DNA of 64,000 nucleotides from the human T2T-CHM13v2.0 reference genome, Homo sapiens. The notes under the pieces are model-generated. The model saw only the letters and a list, made by a program, of their open reading frames with translations. It was not told where the DNA came from and did no database searches. The position numbers and the translations under genes were made by a program. Positions 1-12,235 of this stretch are shown here, one piece after another. Location: NCBI RefSeq assembly GCF_009914755.1, contig NC_060936.1, one strand, 5' to 3'. Each line of letters starts with the position of its first letter. Position 1 is the first letter of the stretch.

Positions 1-50
1 AGCCTAGGTGACAGAGCTAGACTCCATCTCAAAAAAAGAAAAAAAAAAAA
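1..50 (+). mobile_element. Alu 3' end and A-tail (cut by window edge)
   Basis: agcctaggtgacagagctagactccatctc plus A-tail. Confidence 0.85.
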
Positions 51-627
51 TAGACTAAGCCCTGTCTAAAGACAAACAGATTTGACTAAGTTTCAGCTGG
101 TGGCATTTTTACTATAACCAATAGATGAGTCCTTGTAAGAAGAATGAAATAAGAATACATTGACAAAATAAAGACATTAAATTTCTTCTACCTATGCAAT
201 TGTAGGATAACTTAAATTATCAGTTTAATGAAGTGACAGTTAAATGAAGAAAACAGATAAAAGGGTTTTTAAGTGCCAACAATTGTCATCTCTGGGTTTT
301 AGGATTATAGGTGATTTTTAATTGTTTTCTCCAATATTCTAAATTTTTTTAACAGAGAATATTTTATATTGAGAACTTTAATAAGAAGAACCCACTCAGT
401 TATTTTTAAAATCCTTTTCTAATAATCCTTGCATTAGAAAAGGATTATAAATAATTTGGGTAGTCTTTTTAACTGAAGGTTCATTAAAGATTCTTGGGAA
501 ATCCATGAGTCTTAGATAACAAGATGTATGTACACACCATCCATCCAGATACCTCTAACCATAGTTTTGTTAACCTACAAGCATATCTCACAATCAACTC
601 GGAATAAAGTTTGAGATGGTATCATTG

Positions 628-928
628 TTTTTTACTTTTTTTTTTTTGAGATGGAGTTTTGCTCTTGTCTCCTAGGCTGGAGTGCAGTGGCTCAACCTTG
701 GCTCACTGCAACCTGTGTCTCCAGGGTTCAAGCAATTCTTTTGCCTCAGCCTCCTGAATAGCTAGGACTACAGGTGTCTGCCACCATGCCTGGCTAATTT
801 TTGTGTTTTTAGTAGAGATGAGGGTTTGCCATGTTGGCCAGGCTGGTCTCTAACTCCTGACCTCAGGTGATCCGCCTGCTTCAGCCTCTCAAAGTGCTGG
901 GATTATAGGCGTGAGCCACTGCACCCAG
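628..928 (-). mobile_element. Alu (S-like), full length
   Basis: Reverse Alu dimer; degenerate TSD tgagaYggYatcatt on both sides. Confidence 0.93.
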
Positions 929-1029
929 GTGAGACGGCATCATTCTTGATAGAGGTCAGGAGAAATGAAAATAAACATGGCATCGGAGTATACATTTCAT
1001 TTAAAAAAAAAACAAAAAACAAAGAGCCA

Positions 1030-1695
1030 GCAATGAGTGCTGGTGAGGATGTGGAGAAACTGGAACCCTCATACACTGCTGGTGGGAATGTAAAATGATG
1101 CAACTGCTTTGGAAAACAGTCTGGTAGTTCCTCAAAAAAGTTGTCACCATGTGACCCAGCAATTCCACCCCCAGGTAAATATTCTGAAGAAATGGAAACG
1201 TCCACACAAGCATCTCACACGCAGATTTTCATAGCCATATTATTCGTAATAGCCCCAAAGTGGAAACAACCCAAATGTCCAACAGCTGATAAATAAACAA
1301 AATGTGGTAAATCCATAAAATGGAATATTATTTGGCAATAAAAAGGAATAATGCAGTGATATATACTACACCATGGGTAAGCACTGAAAACACTAGAATG
1401 AACCCAGGTAAAAGAAGCCACACAAGAAATGCCATATCTTATATGATTCCATTTATGTGAAATGTTAAGAATAAGCAAGTCTAGAAACAGAAAGTAGCTT
1501 AGTGGTTGCCAGTGTCTGGAGGGAAAGGGGAAGGGGAGGTGACTGCTAATAGGTACAGATTTTCTTTTGGGGATGATAACATGTTCTGGAATTTGATAGA
1601 GGTGATGGCTACACAATCTTGTGAATAACCCGAATGGTACATTTTAAAATGTTGAGTTTTATGTGATTGTGACTTATATCTTAATTAAAAATAAG
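1030..1695 (+). mobile_element. old L1 (L1M) 3' fragment
   Basis: ggtgaggatgtggagaaactggaaccctcatac...gacccagcaattccac...atgattccatttatgtgaaatg are typical L1M 3' motifs. Confidence 0.8.
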
Positions 1696-2649
1696 AATAC
1701 ATAATTCAACTATACTTTTTTGTTTCTGTACCTTTGGAGGCACTTTTCAACTCAAGACCCATTTCCATATTTTCCTGGTAATGTAGTTCCCGTGATAGAA
1801 ACAGGAAACTTCCGCAAAGATTTTGGATAAAACTTGAAGTAGGGTCAATCAGGAGCTTTCAAAGACCCACATTTTTTGATGTGGTAAAACAAAAAACCAA
1901 GAATACAAAACATTGTCTCTGCCAACAGAAGATTCATAAACCTAAGAACATGAAAGGGCATATTTACATGAAGGAAAATGAGCCTATGAACAAAGATTCA
2001 TAACCATGAACCAAGTAAGTGTGCAGAGTCTGAAGTAAGTACAGGGGAAAATTGAGGGGAGTTAGTTCAGAGATATCTTTATCCGGGAAGGGTAATTAAT
2101 AAGAATAGAAACCACACCCAGACAATTAATTACATGTTCTATGGAAACTTTAGAGGTATTTCATTTGAACCCTATAAAAATGGTTACTTCATCCACTACT
2201 CATTAAAGTACAAAAACCCACAAATAAATTAGAGGTTGAAAGTTCAAACAGGAACTTAGTCTTATTCAACTTTCAATCTACAATACACTACTATATACAC
2301 TACTGTATAACACTGTTCGGCTGTACCAAACAGTGGTGTTTTACAGATACAGCTGGAAATGAAACACAGACCAAGTTTCCCTCAACCAACATATCAAGAA
2401 AGGCAGGGACACAGGACACTTAGTGGACAGGCTGACCTTCCTTTTGCTCTTTCTTGAGCATGTGCTTTGGTGCTATCTGTTCTTCTGGATTGTAAGGCAA
2501 TCTAGGAGGGAGTTATCTCATTTCTGAGTTAAAGAGAGAGGCTACATGACTTGCTGAGAGCTACATGGCTGGTCAATGGCAGAGCCTGGACAAGCAGTTT
2601 GGAATATTGATTCCGAAAACAATGATAAGCTACCACATTTCAACCCTTA

Positions 2650-2990
2650 CTTTTTTAACTTTTGTGTATTGAAGTATGACAAACATATAGTAAAGGCATA
2701 GTGTGTACCAATCTTAAGTTTACAGTTCAGATATTTTTATTTACATAAACAGATGTGTGGCACTTCACCAATCAAGATACTTAGCATTCCATAAAGTTCC
2801 TTTTGCTCCAACTGTGATTCTCGTTTCTACTGTCATCCGTTAGTTTCACCTATTCTTGAACTTCAAAAAGATGGGATCATGCAGTAGGTAACTTTTTGTG
2901 TCTGGTTACTTTCACTTAGTATCTGTGTGGTTCATTCATGTTGCTGTTTGTGCTACTATTTCATTCTTTTTTTATTGCTATGCGCCTCTT
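2650..2990 (-). mobile_element. old L1 (L1ME-like) 3' fragment
   Basis: Degenerate reverse L1 3' motifs (aatcttaagtttacagttcag, tgtgtctggttactttcacttag). Confidence 0.55.
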
Positions 2991-3459
2991 TTTTCTCGTT
3001 TTTCTTGAGTCTACCTTTTTCTCTTAGATGGGTTGTTAGGCTCAGTCTAGGATATCTGGCAGTGAGCGGCAGGGGAAACAGGTACATAGGTAAACAGATC
3101 CCAGCTGTCCCAGAGCTCTGATCTACATTTCCAGTCTGAAGCTATGGGTTCCACATAATGAGGAGGGGACAAAATGACTAACAGAAAACAATGCAACTGT
3201 TGAATAATCCAAACCCAGACATAACCGAGTCAGAGAGCATTTCTTCTGAGTCCTCTGAGGTGAGCTGTGTCACTCTTTGCCCCACCTTCAGCCAAAATGC
3301 ATGGTAGCTGAATCTAGCAAAAAGAAACCACTGGCCTAAGACCTTAGACAAGTTATTCATTCTCTCTGGGCTTCCGACTCCTCCTTGATAAAATGAAGGG
3401 GTTATATGGGGTTTCTAAGGTCTCCCCAAGTCAAAAGAACGCAGAAAGTCAATACTCAC

Positions 3460-3555
3460 TGATTTCACACTGCTCTCCCTCTAGTCCTGGAGGGCAAATA
3501 CATTTTCCAGGGTAGAAACAGGTCCCTCCATTAAAGCAGGTGGTTGAGCAGTTTG
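3460..3555 (-). CDS. WIF1: WIF1 exon 7 (EGF-like repeat 3)
   Basis: cag| (A)[31 protein letters not shown] |GTGAGT; 96 nt, phase 1-1; the gene continues beyond the left edge. Confidence 0.97.
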
Positions 3556-4677
3556 CTGTTAGAATGAGTAACAGGGGTGTTGCATTAGACAGTAGGTTAA
3601 ATCTAACACAAATTTCACTTAAAGTGAGGTGCTATTTTTTAGGCATCTGCTTGCTACTTGCCCATTTCCTGACTTAATAAAATAAGCTGCTTTACAAATA
3701 CAAAATTTGTACCAATTGCTTGCCTATGTGCAGACTCCAGAACATAATAGGAGACCACACACATCATATACTACCCACCAGTAGGAGTTTCCATCTCAGT
3801 GAAGAAAGGCACAGTAAAAAAAATTAGCTTTTTAATTTTCTTATACATAGCTATGCCCTTAAAAGGAAAAGAATGGTATAAACCTAAGGATTTTTTTTGT
3901 AAACATCAGTTTAGAGGATAAGAGAAGAGTAAAAAGGAGAAGACTTACTTTGGAATAGATAAAAGAGAAGTCATAAATATCAGGACCTGACAAAAAAGCA
4001 ACTTTCTTTCAGGACAAGATGAACAGATATTTATCTTAATGAGATTGTTTTTTAAAAAATATACTTTTATGACTTTCGGAGAAAAGAGTAACTGTATTCA
4101 GAAAAAGACTGTGGGCCCAGGTGAGATCCCATAGGTAGGAGTGTGGCCACAGCAGGGACCAGAGGATGATGAAGTTGGCTGTATCATAGTGGAAGCCCAA
4201 TAACCAGATTATCCAGGTAGTAATCACACTTCGTGATTCATCCTAAACCCTCTCTCACAGTGTCAGTTTCTGGAATTTCACTGCTCACTAGCACCTAAAA
4301 TAGAGGGAGGATGGAGAAATGGAGAGGGGAGGAGAGGAAATATCTAAAAATAGACAAGTTGGCTCATTCTATAAAGGAAATTAAAATGAGAGCTTGGATT
4401 TTTAGCAATTCCAGTTATATGACCCATTTGTTCTTGTCCCATATAAAATTGGCCAAAATTGGCTATAGATGAACAAAAGCTAAAATAAGCTTCCAGTAGG
4501 AAAATCAGAAAAGAAATCCAAAAGTTCTAAGTGTATGCTTTCTTTGTGGGAAAAAAAAAGTCCACAAAGCAAAATGTTCTACGAGTATCATGCTTCTTAA
4601 ATGATAAATTGTGTTTAAAATCACAAAGATCTCCAAGTTTAAGGAAGTGCTGTACTCACTTTGGCAAATCAAAACTC

Positions 4678-4912
4678 TTTTTTTTTTTTTTTTTGGTTTG
4701 TTTTTTAAAAGAGACAGGGTCTTGCTCTGTCTCCCAGGCTGGAGTGCAGTGGCACAATCATAGCTCACTGCAGCCTTAAATCCCTGGGCTTAAGGTTTCT
4801 TCCTGCCTCAGCCTCCCAGATGGCTGGGAGTAAAGGTGTACACTACCATGCCTGATTAAGTTTTGAATTTTTTTTGTATAGATGGAGTCTTGCTACATTG
4901 TCCACACAGGTC
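4678..4912 (-). mobile_element. Alu (J-like), 5'-truncated
   Basis: polyT plus gagacagggtcttgctctgtctcccaggctggagtgcagtggcacaatcatagctcactgcagcc. Confidence 0.88.
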
Positions 4913-7054
4913 ACAAAAAAATTCAAGCCTCTTAATGTGGAAGGGAGCTGTAGCATTTTGGTATAGGATTTAGGATTTAGGAGAACAAGCTCTTGGGGCC
5001 TCCTCTTTGCTGGAGTATTGCTAAGGCTGGACAGTTGTTTTTGTAAGTGTGTCCTGTCTCCTCACTTCTGTTTCTCTGGGAGATAGAAGGGAATGATGAG
5101 ATCAGTGCCCTGGAAAACTTTGGGATCAGTACCCACTTGGCCCATGCCCCGTGGGCACTGCCCAATTACTGATGTGTAGAATGCAATGAACCTGGTAGCT
5201 TCATAGAAAGTTGTAGAATTCGGCAAGGTTGGTTACATAATTTGGCCACACTCTTAGTACTTGTATGCTATTGTATTGTCATGAGCAAGCTTCTCTACAT
5301 TTCTGTTGTGCAATGATTCTTGATTAGAAAAACAAGCAGCTAGAGACACGAAGTATCTTTCTCTAGGGCTGAGGCCCCACTGGCCAGTGCTAAACTCCTT
5401 AGGTCCTAAAGGTTGTGATGTCCCAAGGGCCAATGAAAGTTATTCTTTAATATTTGTTCAAATACATAGTGCTGATGTCTATTTCCATAGTAGTAATTAA
5501 ATCATTTTTCAGAGCCTCCACATATTCCCTCCTGGAGAATTAAAGCATCTTTTTGTTGAGGTAGAAATTTTTTTTTTTTAATATTCCCAGATCCCCAGTG
5601 AGACCAAGTGGAATTTCAACAGACATTATAAAAGAATAAAAAAATTACTGGAGTCTGATGAGTAGGAAAATCTTTCATTTGAAAGATAAAATATTACAAA
5701 ATATAGTATGTACTGGAATATAGATAGATATATTACTTTGCAAGTGACCATGTGGTGTTTGTGACACCGTAGCACTAGAAAAACACTGCAATTGACACTC
5801 CATTATGCAAACCACACCAACAATGGCCACGCCTACATAAGAAGGTCTCACAAATGGTCTCTTGTGAATACATGAGTTCTTCAACTAAATCTGGAGGATT
5901 TGCTTTATTTATTCATAGTTTTGAGGCAATAAGAGTTTAATTCTCCTCTAGAATGCCCAGTTTTAAAATAGCAGAGACACTGAATGCTAAATTTAGACAA
6001 AAAGATTCACAATAATGAATTTTACTCACTGGCTGTTAATTCTTATTAGAGTAATTAGTGCTTAATCTTTATGAAAACACATTCAAAAAGTGATTTTTAA
6101 TCCAATACTATAGTTTTAAAAGACCACTTTAAAAAAGGCAGAAATGCTTTCACATATTATCTCAATATAGTTATAATATATAGCTCAGGGGTGAGGGACA
6201 GGAGGGTCAATGGCTTAATTCCAAGTCTAGAGATAGAAAAAGCATGGTCCACAGAGAGATCAAGTTGCCTGCCCAGGTTCAGAGTCACTCGTGGAAGAAC
6301 CAAGGGCTGAATTAGGTAGCCTGGGTGGCAACATGGTACAGTGCAGGATATGAATTTGGGTCAACCTACTCAAGTTCCATAAACCTCACTTTGCTTATCT
6401 AGGAATGAGATGGATAATACTTTACATATCTCAAAAGATGTTCAGAGTAAAATCACATAACTGTAGGAAAGTACTTTGTACATCATAAAAGAGTAAACAA
6501 CCTTAAGTTATTCTGACTCATACTGAAGGCTCTTTCCTTTAGCTTTCCTTTAAAAAACAACAACAACAACAAAAAACTGCTCATGGCAATCTTACTTGGT
6601 ACTAACTGAGTGATCACTAAAGAGACACTTTTAAAGAATAAAATTTATTATTCTATCTTAACTCATATGTTTATTGACAAAAAATGCTCTATTCATACAA
6701 TTAGCATTTTTAACACAAAGATAACTTCATTAAATATACAAATTTCACAGCATAGTCTTTATTTTTTTCCACTTAAAAGATGTGAACTGGGCAAAATAAA
6801 CAAGTCTCTTGTAAAGAGTATGAATCGTTCAGCAATTTTAGGGCCAAGTTTGAATTCACTTACTAAGAGTAAAATCTGGCTGTGTTGCTGCAATGTTAAG
6901 AAGGAAGAACCTAATCTCTCTGGGATGTGATTTGTGAGCAGAGTATTGAATCGGGAGTCAGTAAACTTCTAGGTTAGGCAATGTAGAGCAGGTTGTTTAA
7001 TTTTAGCCTTAGAAGCTCACCCACAAAACCAATTTAGGACATACTAAAATTCCA

Positions 7055-7518
7055 TGTGGCAAGACCAGCTAATTGTTCACAAAAATTTGCACTCCCGTTA
7101 TGTAATATGAGATGTCAGTGGGAGACCACTGTCCAGCCAGGGGCAACATTTCTTCTGCCTGAAACCAGGTAGGACCATGAGGCTAATTCCTACCTATGGA
7201 ATAGGTGTGGAAGTTTTGTGGGTAAATTCTGGGCCAGGGCTTTTAAATTTTTTAATTAATTAATTTATTTTTAGCAGTGCTTACTTCAATCCTTCTCTGC
7301 CTATTGGCTGGATCTAGAGAGTTCCAAAGCTCTAGGCAGGACCACAGATAGATGGTGCCTGGGCTCCTGAGTCACTGCATGGAGAAGAGCTGCCCTGCCC
7401 ACTGACCAGGCAAAATGCACTGGAGCATTCTGTGAATGAAAATAAACTTTTGCTATTATGCTACACTAAAATTGGGATTTCAGTTACTATAGCAGCCATC
7501 TTTACCCTAAGCCATACA
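7055..7518 (+). mobile_element. MLT1-type MaLR solo LTR
   Basis: TG...CA ends; gagaagagctgccc, AATAAA, ttactatagcagc 3' motifs. Confidence 0.55.
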
Positions 7519-7619
7519 TTCTCAGAGCTGTTATGAAGAGTGAGGACATATAAAGTAACTTATTCTAATCAAACATTTTAAAAGTAAAAATAACTTTCTT
7601 CTTAAAAAGAAACTGTTAC

Positions 7620-7715
7620 CTTTGTCACAGTTCACTCCATAGAATCCAGGTGGGCAGATGCAGAAACCAGGAGTCACACAAAGTCCACCATTCATACATC
7701 GTGGGGTACAAAGGG
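7620..7715 (-). CDS. WIF1: WIF1 exon 6 (EGF-like repeat 2)
   Basis: aag| (A)[31 protein letters not shown] |GTAACA; 96 nt, phase 1-1. Confidence 0.97.
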
Positions 7716-8673
7716 CTTATAGGGAGAGAGAACCCTGATTAAGGCCAAATGGTATTTTGGAGCAGGACCATTTTGAAATGTCAATAATACAACAGGTCTA
7801 CATTTTCAAGCTTTGTGGTTGACTCTAAAATGATTACTCTTCAGAGATACAAGTTTGCTATATTAATATTATTTTTGTGGTATAAATTAGGCTGTTTTTC
7901 AATTTCTCAGCCAATTTCTTAGAGATGACTTTTGGATTGGTTCCATTTGAATACTTGAATAAATTTTCCCCAGAATCATTTTGACTAAGATGTGGTCTTC
8001 TTAAAACTGTTAAATATTTTCACTTTGCCCCATTTGCTTAATCTTCTAATTCCAACATAAATGCAAAGAAGAAAAATAAGAAAATATTATTCTTTCTTAC
8101 TTATTTTAAAATTATTTTTTAACTATCTCTCACAGGATATTCTTATTTCTTGAAGATGAAAAATATTTTGCTTACTGTAGTCAGATAAGCTCTTAGTATT
8201 TAAACATCTTATGATTAATATTCATTTCCTTGCTTATATCTTTTTTCATTTATTTTTAAAAATTAATTTCCCTGAAATTGATGTACTTACTACACAAATT
8301 CATCCACTTTTTTGCCTTATCATAACTTCATAACTTAGATATACTCTTAGTTGTGAATCAAGCTACTTTCAACTGGAACAATTTCAGATCAGTGGTGATA
8401 CTAGCTTTTTAAATCCAACTTAAGAGGAGGAAAAAAACCTCAAAATTTTCATAAGATTATGCCAAAGTACAGTGGCTATATTTCTGAAGCGGGATGAGTT
8501 GGGGGAGATGGCCAGGAATGGCCACAGAAAGTGATGGCATTGTGCCAAAATTTTCTGCCCCTGTGACCAGGAAAATAATTTCAGGTGTTAAAAATACACA
8601 ATACACATGGGGCTCCTGCACGACATCCATGTTCATTAGGAAGGGAGCAAGGGAAATCGGCTCCATGTCTTAC

Positions 8674-8769
8674 CTTTCTCACAGTGAGGTCCGTGGAACC
8701 CATCAGGACACTCGCAGATGCGTCTTTCATTACAAAAGCCTCCATTTCGGCACCCGCCTGGGCACTCAG
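8674..8769 (-). CDS. WIF1: WIF1 exon 5 (EGF-like repeat 1)
   Basis: aag| (A)[31 protein letters not shown] |GTAAGA; 96 nt, 6 Cys, phase 1-1. Confidence 0.97.
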
Positions 8770-9626
8770 CTTCAGCAGAGAGAAACAAAGCTTATATGGA
8801 CACCCTTGAAATCATGTTGGGTGAATCACAGCCAGTGTGAGACAGTAGTGTTCATTTCTGTTCTAGCCCACCAATTAATCATAATTGATCAAATACCAGT
8901 ACTTCCAACTCATTCCCTCGATATCACTTGGATTTCACTAAATCTGCTGCAGAGTAAGATTTTGCCTCCCTTATTTCCAACAGTAGGGGGCTCTTGGAAG
9001 AAGGTAAGGCAAATTTTATTCTGCCTTCATCTCCTCCTATGGATCTACTGTACCTTGTTAAATTCCCACTGCAATTGAATGAATGGTATTGCCTTTCCCC
9101 TTTCAGAGGGTAAGATGACTTATGGGTACATCTTTAGAGCACTGAAATGCTCCAGAGCTTAAATTCTGAGCTAGAAAAGCTTGTATAGGGATGTGAAAGG
9201 AGCCAGGCCTTTATAGTTAAATGGGCATCTGGGGTGTGGTGGGGAGGTATTGAGTGAGGCCTTGACCTGGTAGGGATCACTGGCATGAGGTGGCAGTCTG
9301 TCCTCCGTGGATATTCATTAGAGGTTATATTAGTGTTGCCTTTGGGACAAGTGGGAAGTGCTGGTAATTATGAGCCACCTTGCCTTGAGCAAACAGAGCA
9401 AGAAAGGGGGAAATTCATGACCACGGGTGAGATACACTGGGACTCCCAACAACTGTGTTGGAGGAGTGGAGAGGGAGGAAGAAAAGGTGTTTTGAAACGT
9501 TTCCTATTCCTAATATTAAAAGTGGGGTCAAGGTCAGAGGAAGTCTATCTTAGTACTGTTGCTAAATCCTGTGCTGATCATCTCCTCCTTCCGTTGCTGT
9601 AGTTATAGAGCCATCATCCAAAAAAC

Positions 9627-9628
<2 letters not shown>

Positions 9629-9666
<38 letters not shown>
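9629..9666. repeat. (TG)19 microsatellite
   Basis: Perfect dinucleotide run. Confidence 0.98.
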
Positions 9667-9670
<4 letters not shown>

Positions 9671-9744
9671 GATATAAATATTTGGTCCAAATCACACCTA
9701 AGCCCTTACAACATGTCTTCTCTTGAATCACCATCGGTGCTTAC

Positions 9745-9885
9745 CTTGTTGACATGTTTTAAAGAAGATAGCATTTTGAGGTGTTTGGAGAATGGTGTTG
9801 CCTTCAGAATTCATAACAATCACATCCACTTCAAATGCTGCCACCCCATCCTGTTTTCCAAGACATGGGAAACCAACTTGAACAA
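9745..9885 (-). CDS. WIF1: WIF1 exon 4 (end of WIF domain)
   Basis: tag| (V)[46 protein letters not shown] |GTAAGC; 141 nt, phase 1-1. Confidence 0.97.
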
Positions 9886-11947
9886 CTAAAAGAAAAAAAG
9901 AGAAAGTGTGGAGAAATAGTTAATCTAGTTGATTCTAGTTTTACAGAAATCTTGGGAACCAAGAGTCAAAGGACAAAGCAAAAATGTTCACATGTTGTGG
10001 ATTTCCTTGTATCTCCACTGGAGTAGGAACTGTATTTTGAGCATCTGGGCTCCACAGAAGTTGAGCATCATGTCAGGTGAAGAAAGAGTGAATGACTCCA
10101 ATTTTTACCTCATTAATATGGAATTGGTGATATTCTGTTCACAGTCTGGACTTGTACTATCTTAAATATTTTCCCTGGAAATTAAAGATGGAAAGAAGAA
10201 TCATAAAGTGGTTAATTATGTATACGTCAGTGTAGCATGGGAAGAACAGAAAGACAAACGAAAATAAATAAAAAGCAGTTGATTCGGGGAAGAAACTTTG
10301 TGGCATCTTCATCAGCCTCCATATAATCCAAAAAGGGCTAGAAATCAGCATTTCATAATCCCTTAAATAAAGTCTGATGAGCAATACCCCACTGGTTTAT
10401 GTTTACTATGTGTATGTGAAAGTGACAAAATATCTTCTTTGAAAATATTTTACGACTCAGACTAGAGTTCAGTCATTGGACCGAGTTAATGAAGTTAATA
10501 TTTTCTCAGGCTGTTTGTTAATAAGAAGTGTCCATATCTCAGGCATCTAGAAGAGAGTTTGATGTGATGAAATAATCTCATGAATAGGGTTATATCTAAT
10601 GGTTTATGTTCTTAAAGAGAAGCTTCTCTTTCTTGTGAGTCTAATGATTACTCAGCCTGTGCAAGTGTTGACAATGAAGTCACAAAGCAGGGATTGGGAA
10701 CTGAAGACATTGCTGTACAAAGAGGGAAGGAGGACACCCGTTGTGGGATAACCACAAATCACTGGGTGAAAATGGGGCAAATCAGATGTGATCATTTGCT
10801 GAGAAGCTGATTATGTATATTTCCAACACCCAATGGGTTATTATAACATATCCACTGGGTAAGACTGATATAGCAGATCCACCAGACTCTTGTTCTTTCT
10901 TGTGAATATAAAGAAATATTGCTAATGGGTATACATGTGATTTTTTGCTTCATTTTATTTCTGCATGGCAAGTTATGGTTTCTGCCAAGCTTGTGCAAAC
11001 TGTATCAAGCTAAGACAAATCTTTTCCTTTTAGAGTGTCGATAAACTTTCTCCCTAGGTTTATAGGAATAAATGAGCTGGAAACTGGACTGCCCTTTTCT
11101 GTAAAGCATTGCACACAAGCTGGTCATACAATTTCTCAATGTGCTTTTGGCAACCCAAAACTCCTCTTACAGCTCTGGCATTGTCAGTGTTCATTGCTAT
11201 GCCATACTCAAAATTACATGGACTTCCATTTCTAGCTCCCCTGAAACTTGAGATTTTAACATTACAAATCATTATGATGAAAAGGAAACACAGATATTTT
11301 AACAGAAATAAAAAGAAAAAACAAAATTGTGTCTAAAGTTCTAAAGTAAAATTGTCCCTATTGAAAACCTTGGCTTAATGAAATCTCATATATAAAAATG
11401 CCAATTTACAAAACATTTATGAATGGAGATTTCTATTTCAGAAAGAAGCAAAGGAATTGACAAGTAATTTCTTTAAATTTTTTGTACTTATACTTTGTTC
11501 AATTATAAAACTTTACTCTTCTTATGACTCTTTTACATGGACAGGTAGGCCAATAATTGCTTTGAGGCATAAAAAGATGGAAAAACTTGAACGGATACTT
11601 AAAGATAGAACTTTCAGAATCTTCCTCACTGGACGCCATCATCCAAACTTATTTTCCAGGTGTATCTTTTTTCTGAACCACATTCAGCCTCTCCTTTGCA
11701 GCCCACCTGATTCTTTTAAAAAGGCCCTTCAGTTTTATTTTGGCTTCCAGAATCTTGGTATGGAAGAGAAGATGCCTATCAGTAAACTCATCTTCATTTC
11801 TGCTTGCCAGCATTATCAAATTTCAAAATGTATCTTGGATGTTAAATATCAAAAACTGTCTTATTAAGTTTGTAGGAAATTTAGTTAAGAACAATTATTA
11901 GTTCTTCCACATCTTCAGATGTGCTGAAAGACCATTTACAAATCACA

Positions 11948-12235
11948 GGCTCACTCCTGTAATCCCAGCACTTTGGGAGGCCGAGGCGGGTGCATCACTT
12001 GAGATCAGGAGTTGGAGACCAGCCTGGCCAACATGGTGAAACCCGTGTCTACTAAAAGCAAAAAAATTAGCCGGTGTGTTGGCATATATCCATAATCCCA
12101 GCTACCTGGGAGGCTGAGGCATGAGAATCACTTGAACTCAGAAGACAGAGGTTGCAGTGAGCCAAGATAGAGCCACTGCAGTCCAGCCTGGGCAACAGAG
12201 CAAGACTCCATCAAAAAAAAAAAAAAAAAAAAAAA
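11948..12235 (+). mobile_element. Alu (S-like)
   Basis: Alu dimer plus A-tail. Confidence 0.93.

Noticed and set aside
8494-9078. 194-aa plus-strand ORF antisense to exon 5
   Set aside because: No recognisable protein features, splice or promoter support; probably chance
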